A DNA stretch of 64,000 nucleotides from a plasmid. The stretch lies in the sequence record NZ_CP072340.1. The stretch is one strand, 5' to 3'. Positions 1-9,698 of the stretch are shown piece after piece (the stretch's first letter is position 1; the number at the start of each line of letters is the position of its first letter). The translations under genes were made by a program, and so were the position numbers. Under the pieces are notes generated by a model, which did no database searches, had not been told where the DNA came from, and saw nothing but the letters and a program-made list of their open reading frames with translations.

Positions 1-1
1 G

Positions 2-430
2 CACCTGCTGTTCCGGAAGTACTATACAGCCATTCCGCTTACCATAGGCAGCTTCTTGTTGCTGCTGCCCACTTATTTCTTGTATGGTACCAGCCTATTC
101 GTTCTGGTGGGGAGCCTGCTCTTTGCGCTGGGCTTTGCCAATGTGTTTATACTCACTTACTGCTTCCGCACCAAGGCAATGGACATCTTTGCCTCGGGCT
201 TTATGAATACGCAAGGCACCGATTTCAGTGCTTCGAGCTTTGCAATCGCCTTCACCGTGATGATAGGACCGATGCTCATGGTGTCGTTTCTTCCGCCAAT
301 GGTGTACGGAATCGTGCTCAGTGTCCTCGGTCTGACAGGCATCGTGTTGCACAAACCTGCCATTGCGTGGATAGCACGCCGCTACGAGGCAAATCGCTAT
401 CGCCACTTTGAACGTTACAGAAACAAGTAA
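2..430 (+). CDS. membrane protein, 3' portion (open from window edge); probable membrane partner of the downstream ABC ATPase
   Basis: Frame of ORF 56..430 stays open back to base 2; hydrophobic helices; ends 57 nt before ABC ATPase gene. Confidence 0.5.
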   Translation, partial: HLLFRKYYTAIPLTIGSFLLLLPTYFLYGTSLFVLVGSLLFALGFANVFILTYCFRTKAMDIFASGFMNTQGTDFSASSFAIAFTVMIGPMLMVSFLPPMVYGIVLSVLGLTGIVLHKPAIAWIARRYEANRYRHFERYRNK

Positions 431-487
431 CGGCTGAACGAAACTTTTATTCAAGAAAGCAAAAAAATAAGATAATAACAGCCGAAT

Positions 488-1192
488 ATGGAAATAAAGA
501 TAGAGAATTTAAAGAAGATTTACGGACAGAACACCGTGATAAACATACCTGAACTGACGCTGCACAATGGCGAGCTCGTAGGACTTGTGGGCAATAATGG
601 TGCGGGGAAGACCACACTGATGCGCCTTATACTCGACCTTATCCGTGCCAACGAGGGGCGAGTACTATCGAATGGCAGCCCTGTAAACGAGTGTTTCGAG
701 TGGAAGAAATACACTGGTTCGTTTGTAGACAAGGGCTTTCTCATCGATTACTATACACCAGAAGAGTTCTTCGACTTCATTGCAGGCGTCTACGGCATCG
801 ACAGCGCAACACTCGCAGAACGTCTGCAGGGCTTCGAATCGCTGATGCGCGACGAGATTATGGGCACTGGAAAGCTCATTCGCGACTTTTCCGAGGGCAA
901 CCGACAGAAAATCGGCATCATCGGAGCCATGATAGTGAACCCCAAAATACTCATTCTCGACGAGCCTTTCAACTATCTCGACCCATCGTCGCAGATAAAC
1001 ATAGCACGCATTATCCACGAGGTGAACCTGCAACACGGCACCACCGTGCTGATTTCGAGCCACAATCTGAACTTCATTTCCGAAATTTGCAACCGCATAA
1101 TACTGATGGAAAAGGGGGTCATCTTGAAGGATTTAACCAACGCCGACGAAGCTGCAGCAAAGGAATTGCAAAGCTATTTCGAAGGAATGTAG
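488..1192 (+). CDS. ABC transporter ATP-binding protein
   Basis: Walker A GNNGAGKTT, ABC signature FSEGNRQK, Walker B ILILDEP, H-loop SSHN. Confidence 0.9.
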   Translation: MEIKIENLKKIYGQNTVINIPELTLHNGELVGLVGNNGAGKTTLMRLILDLIRANEGRVLSNGSPVNECFEWKKYTGSFVDKGFLIDYYTPEEFFDFIAGVYGIDSATLAERLQGFESLMRDEIMGTGKLIRDFSEGNRQKIGIIGAMIVNPKILILDEPFNYLDPSSQINIARIIHEVNLQHGTTVLISSHNLNFISEICNRIILMEKGVILKDLTNADEAAAKELQSYFEGM

Positions 1193-1224
1193 GCGCAACG
1201 GCAGGAACATAATACAATAAAGAT

Positions 1225-2097
1225 ATGATACAGAGAATGCTTTTAACTACTTTCGTCTGCCTTTCTGCCACACTTTCTACTTATGCAAAGCCGAAAGAAG
1301 GATGGAAAATAGACAAGGTAAAGTACGAAATTACCTATCATATGAAGAGCATTACCGACACCACGAAGGTCGATTCGCTCGGCAATTTCATCTACAGCGA
1401 GGAGGATATGCGCCTCGATGTGGGCGAGCGGGTGAGCTTATTTTATAGCTATTCCAATGCTCTCTACGAGCAACAGCGCATCGAAATGATGAACAAAGGC
1501 AACTTTTCAGTGCCTAATATGCGAGGTGGAAGCATCTATTGGAAACTGTTCAAGAACTTTCCAACAGGCAAAACAACCTACGTAGACCATGTTTTCCGTG
1601 ATGGATTTCGCGTGGTAGAACCTATAGAGCAGCCCCAGTGGGAGCTGATACCCGACAGTACAGCCCGCATTCTCGGCTACGACTGCCAGATGGCACGCTG
1701 CAATTACAAAGGCAGACAGTGGCTTGCATGGTTCACAACCGACATTCCCATCGACAACGGACCGTGGAAATTGGACGGATTACCGGGACTTGTGCTCCGT
1801 GCATACGACAATTCGCTCCATTATATCTTCGATTGCATTGGATTGAAGCAGACCGACGGCACACGCAACATGGTGTTCGATGACCGTTTTAACGGTTACG
1901 AGGAAATCTCGATGCGACGTTTGCAGCAGCTGAAAGCCAGCACCACGCCTTTCGATGCCATCAACAGAGACGGCAAAGGAGTAACATTCCGCGTGGTAAG
2001 CGGCAGTGTTAATGGCAAGCTAACCGAAGCACAGCAAGAGGCAATGCGCAAGCAAATGCAGAAAAGACAACCACAAAACCCAATAGAAAGATTATGA
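1225..2097 (+). CDS. GLPGLI family protein (secreted, Bacteroidetes-specific family)
   Basis: N-terminal signal peptide; WKLDGLPGLVLRAYD motif; paralog of the next gene with 4-nt overlap. Confidence 0.7.
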   Translation: MIQRMLLTTFVCLSATLSTYAKPKEGWKIDKVKYEITYHMKSITDTTKVDSLGNFIYSEEDMRLDVGERVSLFYSYSNALYEQQRIEMMNKGNFSVPNMRGGSIYWKLFKNFPTGKTTYVDHVFRDGFRVVEPIEQPQWELIPDSTARILGYDCQMARCNYKGRQWLAWFTTDIPIDNGPWKLDGLPGLVLRAYDNSLHYIFDCIGLKQTDGTRNMVFDDRFNGYEEISMRRLQQLKASTTPFDAINRDGKGVTFRVVSGSVNGKLTEAQQEAMRKQMQKRQPQNPIERL

Positions 2098-2942
2098 AAC
2101 GTATTATTTTAACAACGGCAGCACTCGCCCTTGCAGTGCTCACCGTAAGTGCAAAACCCAACAAAAAGGACGAAAACAAAGTTATCGACAAGCTCAAGTA
2201 CACCATTACCTATCGGACAAAGAGCGTACGCGACACTACAAAACTCGACCCTGCAGGTCGTTATAACTATGAAAACGAAGACATGCAGCTCGAAGTTGGC
2301 GAGAAGGTAAGCTACTTTTACAGTGCCACCTACCGCGCTTATATAGAGAATTTGCGGAAGTCTCTCGATGGAAACAATATTCAGATAGAAACTTCAAGTC
2401 CTGCGCGTGGCAACCTCTCGCTGGACTTCTATCGTGGCTACCCTGCAGGAAAGTCTACCTATTTGGACGAGGTGCTTAGCGAAAAATTCCGCATCACCGA
2501 GTCTTTAGAGCAACCCAAGTGGGACATTATAGCCGATAGCACAAAGCAAATTCTCAACTACGCCTGCCAGATGGCGCGCTGTAAGTTTAAAGGACGCACG
2601 TGGACAGCTTGGTTCACCACCGATATTCCATTGGACAACGGACCTTGGAAGCTGTGCGGATTGCCCGGATTGATACTTCGTGCCTACGATGCCAAGCAAC
2701 AATACATTTTCGATTGCGTGGGTATGAAACAGGCAAAGGAAGGCGAAAACATTACTTACAACTCCGATTTTGACAAGTATGCTGCTTCAACAATGAAGGA
2801 ATTTGTAGACTATCAGCGCAAGGCTGTACCCGAAGACATACTGGCAACGCAGGGAATAAAGATAGAAGTGCCCGAAGAAATGAAGGCTGAGATGATGAAG
2901 GCATTGGCAAAACCGCAGCCCAGTAACCCACTTGAACTGTAA
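2094..2942 (+). CDS. GLPGLI family protein, paralog
   Basis: Signal peptide MKRIILTTAALALAVLTVSA; WKLCGLPGLILRAYD motif; colinear similarity with 1225..2097. Confidence 0.7.
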   Translation: MKRIILTTAALALAVLTVSAKPNKKDENKVIDKLKYTITYRTKSVRDTTKLDPAGRYNYENEDMQLEVGEKVSYFYSATYRAYIENLRKSLDGNNIQIETSSPARGNLSLDFYRGYPAGKSTYLDEVLSEKFRITESLEQPKWDIIADSTKQILNYACQMARCKFKGRTWTAWFTTDIPLDNGPWKLCGLPGLILRAYDAKQQYIFDCVGMKQAKEGENITYNSDFDKYAASTMKEFVDYQRKAVPEDILATQGIKIEVPEEMKAEMMKALAKPQPSNPLEL

Positions 2943-2960
2943 CAAACCATACTTGCAGGC

Positions 2961-5558
2961 ATGCATGACCTGCTCCAGCAAAGCACCGATAATACCCTTT
3001 TTATGAAGAAAACATTGACAATAAACGCTAAAAGCACTTTCTTCCACTCGTCAAGAATGGGCTGGAAGAGGGTGTCTGCGCTTTTCTTGTGTCTTCTTTT
3101 CGTCCTTTTTGCATCGGCACAAGACCGCATTTCGGGCGTTGTCGTAGACTCTTTAACCCACAAACCCATAGCAAAAGCCAATGTAATGTTGCTGAAAGGC
3201 GGCAAGGTAGTTACCTTTTCGCGTACCAACGATAAGGGAGAATTCAGCTTTACGCACAGCACTGCCAACCTGAAAGAACTGCAGTTGCAAGCCACAGCAT
3301 TGGAATACGAGAAGAAACGCATAGCCATTGCCACCCCAACGGGCAACCGCATAGCAATGGTACAGAAGGTTTTTGAAATGCAAGAGGTTACGGTGATGGC
3401 AGGCCCGATAACCGGTGGCAAGGACACGATTACGTTCGACCTTACTCGTTTCGCATCAGAAAGAGACAATTCGCTGAAAGATGTACTGGCAAAACTGCCG
3501 GGCGTGAACGTCGGAAGCGATGGAAAGATAAGCGTAAACGGAAAGGATATCAGTCGCTTTACGGTGGAAGGGCTCGACCTTAGCGACGGACGGTACAACA
3601 AACTCACCGAAAACATAAAGGCAAAGGACGTGAAAAAGGCGGAAGTAATAGAGCACGACCAGCCCATTAAGGCACTGAAAGGAAAGGTTTTCACCGACAA
3701 TGTGGCAATGAACGTTAAGCTGAAGGACAACGCCCGCGACCGTCTTTCGGTAACGTTGCGTCCCTATCTTGCCGTGGGAAAGCCGTCGCACGTTGCCGGT
3801 TCTGCCAATATGCTGCAGATAGGAAAGCGTAAGCAGATTATGTACGATGCGATATACGACCGTCGGGGCAGAGATGTGGCTCAGTCGGGCTTTGCTTTTG
3901 TTTCCGATTATATGGCACCACAGCCTGCAAACCTCTCGTCGTGGTACTCTGTTCCCACGCTCAAAGCTCCAATAGATGCTGACCGTTTGCGCTTCAATAC
4001 GTCGCAAAGTTACAGCATAAACCGCCTGCTGAAAACGAAAAACAACAACGAGATGCGCATAACAGCCGACTATTTCCGCAACGTTCTCCGCCAGACCACA
4101 GCCAACAGCTCTACCTACTACTTTGCCGAAACACCTACAACTACTACCGAAAAGCATCGCATGATACTGAAAGAAGACGTATTCAATTTCAGCATAGACA
4201 AGAAAATAAACACCGAAAAGCACTATGGTTCGATGCGTTTCAGTGTGAATGCCGAGCAGGACGATGCCTTGTCGGGACTTGAAAGCACAGGGCACGCCAA
4301 ACTTTCGCAGCGGGTTCGCACGCCCGAAGTGAATGTGAAAGGCTACATTACCACCACGCAAAATTGTAAGCGAGGCACACTTTCGCTGCAATCCATAGTG
4401 GATTATCACCACACACGCAACGATTTATACATCAATACCGACCGCGAGAACATTCAATCGAACCTTTGGCACAACAACAACGAGGTGAGTTGGCGAACCA
4501 CGGAGAACGGTTTTACGCAGCATTACAACTTCGATGTAGACTTTCAACACCTGAATGTGCGCAACGGGCACACACAGATAACTTTCCATTCGTCGCCTTC
4601 GCTCAACTATGAAAAGGGAAAATGGCACGCGACGGTACGGCAAGAGCTGAACTTGAAGTATCTTACCCAGCAACGCAAATGGTACTTCTATATGTCGCCC
4701 TCGCTGTATGCAAACTATAAAAAGAGCAGTCGTACCGAAACAAACGCATTGTTTTACTACGGTCAATCGCTGCGCGGACTGTCCGATTTCGCCCTCGACA
4801 GCTACCGAACCAACTACCGCACATGGAAGACTTCGCCCACGTTTATGCCACGTACCCACTCGCTAAACTTCAATCTGACCCACAATTACAAACGCGTGGC
4901 AAGGGAATTCTTTTCCAATTTCTCGCTGAATGCCAACTGCACATGGAGCAATTCGGTGGTGGATATGCAAATTCAGAACGGCAACTACCTTATGACGTAT
5001 ACCCAACACAACACCAAAAACACCAGCGTAACGGGGCGTTTCTGGGTTTCAAAAGGCTTCTACAAGCAACATTTCAAGACATCGTGCGGCATCTCGGCGG
5101 CTTACAGCGACGGCGAACAATACACTGCGGGCAAGGTGGTGGGCTACCAATACCGTTCCTTAACGTTTTCGCCATCGCTCACTTATTCGCCTTCGTGGGC
5201 ATTTGTAACCTACAGTGGCGATTTCGCCCTCAGCAAATCAACGTCCGACAATGCGTCTATGTCGTCGCGTTTCAATTGGAAACAGAGCCTGACGCTTACC
5301 TCCACCATTCGGAAAGTAGACCTTTCGCTGTCTGGCATCTACTATCACAACCAGTTGGAGGGCGCAACGCTCAACACGTTCCTTGCCGATGCGAAAGTAA
5401 CTTGGCGACAAAAGAACTTCCTTGTGCTTGCTACACTTGCCAACTTGTTCAACAAACGCAACTACATAGAAACATCATACAGTGGCGTGGGCATCTTTAC
5501 AAACAGCTACGAACTGCGTCCGCGCGAACTGATTCTTACCTTCGAGTTCAGGTTCTAA
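2961..5558 (+). CDS. outer-membrane beta-barrel protein (TonB-dependent-receptor-like) with N-terminal carboxypeptidase-regulatory-like domain
   Basis: Likely true start 3057 (MGWKRVSALFLCLLFVLFASAQ signal peptide); SGVVVDSLTHKPIAKANVMLL motif; Tyr/Ser/Thr-rich beta-strand repeats; terminal ...TFEFRF aromatic end typical of OM barrels. Confidence 0.7.
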   Translation: MHDLLQQSTDNTLFMKKTLTINAKSTFFHSSRMGWKRVSALFLCLLFVLFASAQDRISGVVVDSLTHKPIAKANVMLLKGGKVVTFSRTNDKGEFSFTHSTANLKELQLQATALEYEKKRIAIATPTGNRIAMVQKVFEMQEVTVMAGPITGGKDTITFDLTRFASERDNSLKDVLAKLPGVNVGSDGKISVNGKDISRFTVEGLDLSDGRYNKLTENIKAKDVKKAEVIEHDQPIKALKGKVFTDNVAMNVKLKDNARDRLSVTLRPYLAVGKPSHVAGSANMLQIGKRKQIMYDAIYDRRGRDVAQSGFAFVSDYMAPQPANLSSWYSVPTLKAPIDADRLRFNTSQSYSINRLLKTKNNNEMRITADYFRNVLRQTTANSSTYYFAETPTTTTEKHRMILKEDVFNFSIDKKINTEKHYGSMRFSVNAEQDDALSGLESTGHAKLSQRVRTPEVNVKGYITTTQNCKRGTLSLQSIVDYHHTRNDLYINTDRENIQSNLWHNNNEVSWRTTENGFTQHYNFDVDFQHLNVRNGHTQITFHSSPSLNYEKGKWHATVRQELNLKYLTQQRKWYFYMSPSLYANYKKSSRTETNALFYYGQSLRGLSDFALDSYRTNYRTWKTSPTFMPRTHSLNFNLTHNYKRVAREFFSNFSLNANCTWSNSVVDMQIQNGNYLMTYTQHNTKNTSVTGRFWVSKGFYKQHFKTSCGISAAYSDGEQYTAGKVVGYQYRSLTFSPSLTYSPSWAFVTYSGDFALSKSTSDNASMSSRFNWKQSLTLTSTIRKVDLSLSGIYYHNQLEGATLNTFLADAKVTWRQKNFLVLATLANLFNKRNYIETSYSGVGIFTNSYELRPRELILTFEFRF

Positions 5559-5789
5559 AGCCGAAGAAGAGCTTCATAAAGATGTAAATATTTTCCGCAA
5601 GCGTATCTAACGCATGACAGCCTTATTATCAACACATTGTAAAACCTATTGTTTTATGTTCCAAAAGAGCCGCTTTTGATGTGTAACTAATCAACGAAAA
5701 TGAAGAAAAGTAGAAGTTGGCGTAAACTAACTGATAATGAGTGAGAAATGGAACGATTTGCATAGAGGTGCTCTTTTCAAAAAGGGTAG

Positions 5790-5960
5790 GAATATGCAGA
5801 TTTAGGCAAAAGTTCAGTTACCAAAGCATTACCTGATTTTGGGATAGGTAACGATGGAGTAATGTCCGGTAACCGAATTATTTTCGCTCGTGTGGCTGTT
5901 GCTGTGGTCGGCAGTTTTCTGCATAAGTGAGGAACGCTTTAATTCGGGTAACTTTGCCCA
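5790..5960. repeat. cluster of GGTAAC/GTTACC repeats upstream of backbone integrase (candidate att/arm-type sites)
   Basis: cagTTACCaaag..ataGGTAACgatgg..ccGGTAACcgaa..cgGGTAACttt; same GTAAC motif recurs at ends of nested elements. Confidence 0.35.
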
Positions 5961-5975
5961 TAAAAATTAAAGCGT

Positions 5976-7205
5976 ATGAAACAAGAGAAAATGAAGGTGT
6001 TGCTCTACCTCAAAAAGAGCGGTCTTGACAAGTCGGGCAAGGCTCCGATTATGGGACGTATCACACTTGGAAGGAATGTTGCCCAGTTCAGTTGTAAACT
6101 CTCCTGCAATCCAGAGTTGTGGAATCCCCGTGAGAGTAGAGTGGACGGCAAGAGTCGTGAGGCAGTAGAGATAAACGGCAGGTTGGAGAGTTTGCTGTTG
6201 TCTGTTCAGTCGGCTTATCAAGCCTTACTTTCCAAAGGTTGCCCATTTGACGCAACCGATGTAAAGGAACTGTTTCAAGGCAGCGTACAGACACGATGTA
6301 TGCTTATCGAACGATTGGACATCCTCATCAGGGAGAAGAAAGAACATATTGGAATTGACATTAAGAGAGAAACAATTTCCAATTACTATACTACCCGTAA
6401 TAATCTTAGGACATTTATCGAAGACAAGTACAAGGTGGAAGATTTGTCTTTCTCGCAACTTACAGAAAATTTCATTTATGATTTCAGGGACTACTACTTG
6501 AACAAATTAGGGTTTCAGGAAAGTAGTTTCTATGCAGTTGCATCCCAAATAAAGACCGTATGCAGGTTGGCATACCGTGAAGGATTGGCTGACACCTTAT
6601 TATTTGCTAATGTAAAGATAGCAAGAGGTGATAAGAAACTCCCAAAGGCACTTGACAGACGTTCACTTGACAAACTAATGAATACCCACTTCGGAGAGTT
6701 GGAGGAAGAAATGGAAACAGCAAGGGATTTGTTTGTTTTTGCCTGTCATACAGGTGCAGCCTATTGTGATTTAATGGGATTAAGTAAGACACATCTTGTC
6801 CGTGATGATGAGGAAAATCTTTGGATGAAGTTCAATAGGCAGAAGACAGGTGTACTTTGCCGTATTAAGTTGTTGCCCGAAGCGATTAGGATAATAGAGA
6901 AGTATCGAAGCGAAGAAAGGGAAACGCTGCTGCCACAGATGAAGTATGCCACCTATCAATCGTATCTTAAAGCATTGCGCCTTAGAGTGGGCATTGCCTT
7001 TCCCTTTACCACGCATACGGCAAGGCACACCTTTGCTACGCTCATCACGCTTGAGCAAGGAGTTCCGATTGAAACTGTGAGCAAGATGCTCGGACATAGC
7101 AACGTAAGTATGACCGAGCGTTATGCAAAGGTTACACCCCAAAAACTCTTTGAGGAGTTTAATCGTTTTCTTTCTTTCACGGAGGATATGCAGATGAGTA
7201 TTTAG
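5976..7205 (+). CDS. tyrosine recombinase/integrase (Bacteroides CTn family), first of tandem pair
   Basis: N-terminal arm-binding-like MGRITLG region; catalytic HTARHTFATL...GHSNVSMTERYAKV (R-H-R-Y). Confidence 0.9.
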   Translation: MKQEKMKVLLYLKKSGLDKSGKAPIMGRITLGRNVAQFSCKLSCNPELWNPRESRVDGKSREAVEINGRLESLLLSVQSAYQALLSKGCPFDATDVKELFQGSVQTRCMLIERLDILIREKKEHIGIDIKRETISNYYTTRNNLRTFIEDKYKVEDLSFSQLTENFIYDFRDYYLNKLGFQESSFYAVASQIKTVCRLAYREGLADTLLFANVKIARGDKKLPKALDRRSLDKLMNTHFGELEEEMETARDLFVFACHTGAAYCDLMGLSKTHLVRDDEENLWMKFNRQKTGVLCRIKLLPEAIRIIEKYRSEERETLLPQMKYATYQSYLKALRLRVGIAFPFTTHTARHTFATLITLEQGVPIETVSKMLGHSNVSMTERYAKVTPQKLFEEFNRFLSFTEDMQMSI

Positions 7206-7233
7206 CAATAGACATATTAAAACTAAAATCATT

Positions 7234-8511
7234 ATGAGAAGTACATTCAAGATACTGTTCTATATCAACAGACAGAAAACTAAGGCAGACGGCAATACCG
7301 CCATTCTCTGCCGTATCACCATAGACGGAAAGAACACAGCCATTACCACAGGCGAAGAGTGCCAGCCTGCCGAGTGGAACTCCAAACAGGGTTTGACAAC
7401 CAATAGGAAGACCAACCAAAGAATCAATGAGTTCAGGGAATTGGTAGAAAAAACCTATCGGGACATACTGACGAGGGACGGAGTGGTAAGTGTGGAACTT
7501 ATCAAGAACAGTTTGCAAGGCATTGCCACTAACCCCACCACGCTCCTTGCAATGAGCAAAGCGGAACTGCAAGCCGTCAAGGAAAGCGTTGGAAAGTCAA
7601 GGGCAGAGGGGACTTATCTGAACCTTTACTATTCTGATAAAAATCTCCGAGATTTTATCGAAAACAAAGGAGTACAAGACATATCTATCGTCACCATTAC
7701 GGAGAGTTTGTTCGAGGAATACCGTTTCTTCCTAAAAAAGCGTGGGCTGAAAGCATCGACTGTCAATACCAATCTCAGTTGGCTGAGCCGACTGATGTTT
7801 CGTGCGGTGAGCAGCAGGATTATCCGCTGCAATTCCTTTGAGAACGCCAAGTATGAGAAGGAGGAAAAGAAGATACGCTTCTTGCAAAAGGGCGATGTAA
7901 TGAAACTTATGGCAATGACGATGAACGACAGAGAATCGGAATTGGCACGGCTGATGTTCGTCTTCTCCTGCTTCACAGGTATGGCTATCGCTGATATGGA
8001 AAATTTGGAATACAGGCATATCCAAACGGCAGCGGATGGGCGGAAGTATATCCGCAAGGAGCGTCAGAAGACAAAGGTTGAGTTTGTCGTACCATTGCAC
8101 CCGATAGCAGAGGCTATTATCCGCCATTGTCTGGAAGAGCAGAAAGGGAATGAAGAACAGCAGACGGTGAAAGAAAAAGGTAAAAAACATATCTTTCCCC
8201 GTGAGTGCAGCCGGAGCGTGATAGACGGCAGACTGAGTATTGTTGGCAAGGCTTGCGGTATCAGACAGAGATTGTCGTACCATGTTGCAAGGCATACCTT
8301 CGGTACGATGAGCCTAAGTGCAGGAATACCTATTGAGAGTATAGCCAAGATGATGGGGCACGCTTCCATATCAAGCACGCAGATTTATGCGCAGGTAACG
8401 GACAACAAGATTTCGGAGGATATGGACAGGCTTATTGCCAAACAATCGGCAAAGGATAAAGAAACTATGGAGAGAGAGGTTTGTGAACCAAACTCTGCTA
8501 ACTCGTTGTAA
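7234..8511 (+). CDS. tyrosine recombinase/integrase, second of tandem pair
   Basis: CRITIDGKN N-terminal motif; HVARHTFGT...GHASISSTQIYAQV catalytic box. Confidence 0.9.
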   Translation: MRSTFKILFYINRQKTKADGNTAILCRITIDGKNTAITTGEECQPAEWNSKQGLTTNRKTNQRINEFRELVEKTYRDILTRDGVVSVELIKNSLQGIATNPTTLLAMSKAELQAVKESVGKSRAEGTYLNLYYSDKNLRDFIENKGVQDISIVTITESLFEEYRFFLKKRGLKASTVNTNLSWLSRLMFRAVSSRIIRCNSFENAKYEKEEKKIRFLQKGDVMKLMAMTMNDRESELARLMFVFSCFTGMAIADMENLEYRHIQTAADGRKYIRKERQKTKVEFVVPLHPIAEAIIRHCLEEQKGNEEQQTVKEKGKKHIFPRECSRSVIDGRLSIVGKACGIRQRLSYHVARHTFGTMSLSAGIPIESIAKMMGHASISSTQIYAQVTDNKISEDMDRLIAKQSAKDKETMEREVCEPNSANSL

Positions 8512-8707
8512 TTAAATGTCCTATCAATTTTGACAAATCAGTAGTGTAGCATTTTTGTAGCAGTATTTTGACCGCCTAATGACTACCATTCTGACTACCT
8601 TATGAAAGCACAACTGCTCTCTTTTCTTGAGTACAAAGGTATATAAAATTGTACTAACCTCCAAATCTTTGTGCCATAAATATTTAGAAATTTTACTGCT
8701 ACACTTT

Positions 8708-8759
8708 CCAGTGCAAGGTGCAAGCCCCTATATATAAGGGGACTTGCACCTTGCACTGG
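8708..8759. repeat. near-perfect ~24-bp-arm palindrome (CCAGTGCAAGGTGCAAGCCCC TATATATA AGGGGACTTGCACCTTGCACTGG)
   Basis: Read directly; related TGCAAG/CTTGCA half-sites recur at 8897-8926. Confidence 0.8.
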
Positions 8760-8975
8760 AGGGATTTTCTCAAAATTATTTGATTTTGTTCTGGAATGAT
8801 TGTTCTTACAATGTATTTCCGTTTATGAATTATAGAAAACAAACCAATTAAATCATCCCATGCCGACATCGCTCATCATATTCATCTGCACCTAATGCAA
8901 GCCACCTTGCATGGGGTGTAAACATTTGAATGTAGCGGGTTGCTCAAATTTAGGTGTCTTTGTAACTTTATACAT

Positions 8976-9311
8976 ATGAAACAGTTGCACAAAACCCTAA
9001 AGGAAAAGCGAGAGCTTGAAGGTTACTCACAAGAGTATGTCGCTGGAAAACTGAATGTTAGCTCAAGTACCATTTCACGATGGGAAACTGGAGCTGTGTC
9101 GATGACCACCTCACAAACTTACAGTTATGCCAAGGTATTGGGATGGGATGAACTCGACCTGCTTGCATCTATTGCACAAAGACAACAGGCAAGACCGCTT
9201 CCACTCGCTCAGATGAGTATCGAAGTGTTTGACAAGGAATCCTACGACAGAATTATAGATCTTGTAAAGGAGCTTGGGCCGCAACACATTATTTTACAAA
9301 CCAAATTATAA
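8976..9311 (+). CDS. XRE-family helix-turn-helix transcriptional regulator
   Basis: YSQEYVAGKLNVSSSTISRWETG HTH motif; ORF track start 8940, start at 8976 (MKQLHK) more likely. Confidence 0.65.
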   Translation: MKQLHKTLKEKRELEGYSQEYVAGKLNVSSSTISRWETGAVSMTTSQTYSYAKVLGWDELDLLASIAQRQQARPLPLAQMSIEVFDKESYDRIIDLVKELGPQHIILQTKL

Positions 9312-9317
9312 AGGCTG

Positions 9318-9698
9318 ATGGAAATAATCGCAGTAGAAAGCCAAGCCTATCAGGAACTGATAGACAGGCTCAACCGAATAGAGCGGTATGTTGAGCGCAC
9401 TTCTCATCTTATCCAAGATATAGATGACGAGCTGGAGATGACAACCAAAGATCTTATCGGGACTCTGAATGTTTCAGAGTCCACCCTTTATCGCTGGCGC
9501 AAGAAACAGTTGGTACGGTATCGCTACACGGAGGGTGGCGATGTACGCTACTTCTTCAAGTCTATCGTGATAGCCACGAAATGTAACCGACTCCGTGTCT
9601 CAGGCATGAGAAACGACGAGGTTCTTGGTCGGCTCAACCGTTTTAAGGACAATCTCATCATAAGTTCATGTCTTAATCCTAAAAACCGACAACTATGA
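9318..9698 (+). CDS. helix-turn-helix DNA-binding protein (MerR/excisionase-like, CTn Xis-like)
   Basis: TKDLIGTLNVSESTLYRWRKKQLV motif. Confidence 0.6.
   Translation: MEIIAVESQAYQELIDRLNRIERYVERTSHLIQDIDDELEMTTKDLIGTLNVSESTLYRWRKKQLVRYRYTEGGDVRYFFKSIVIATKCNRLRVSGMRNDEVLGRLNRFKDNLIISSCLNPKNRQL

Noticed and set aside
691-1212. 173-aa plus-strand ORF, Arg-rich
   Set aside because: Alternate frame inside the ABC ATPase gene; Arg/His-rich nonsense composition.
2813-4412. 305-aa and 318-aa minus-strand ORFs
   Set aside because: Antisense to the well-supported OM-barrel gene 2961..5558; no motifs.
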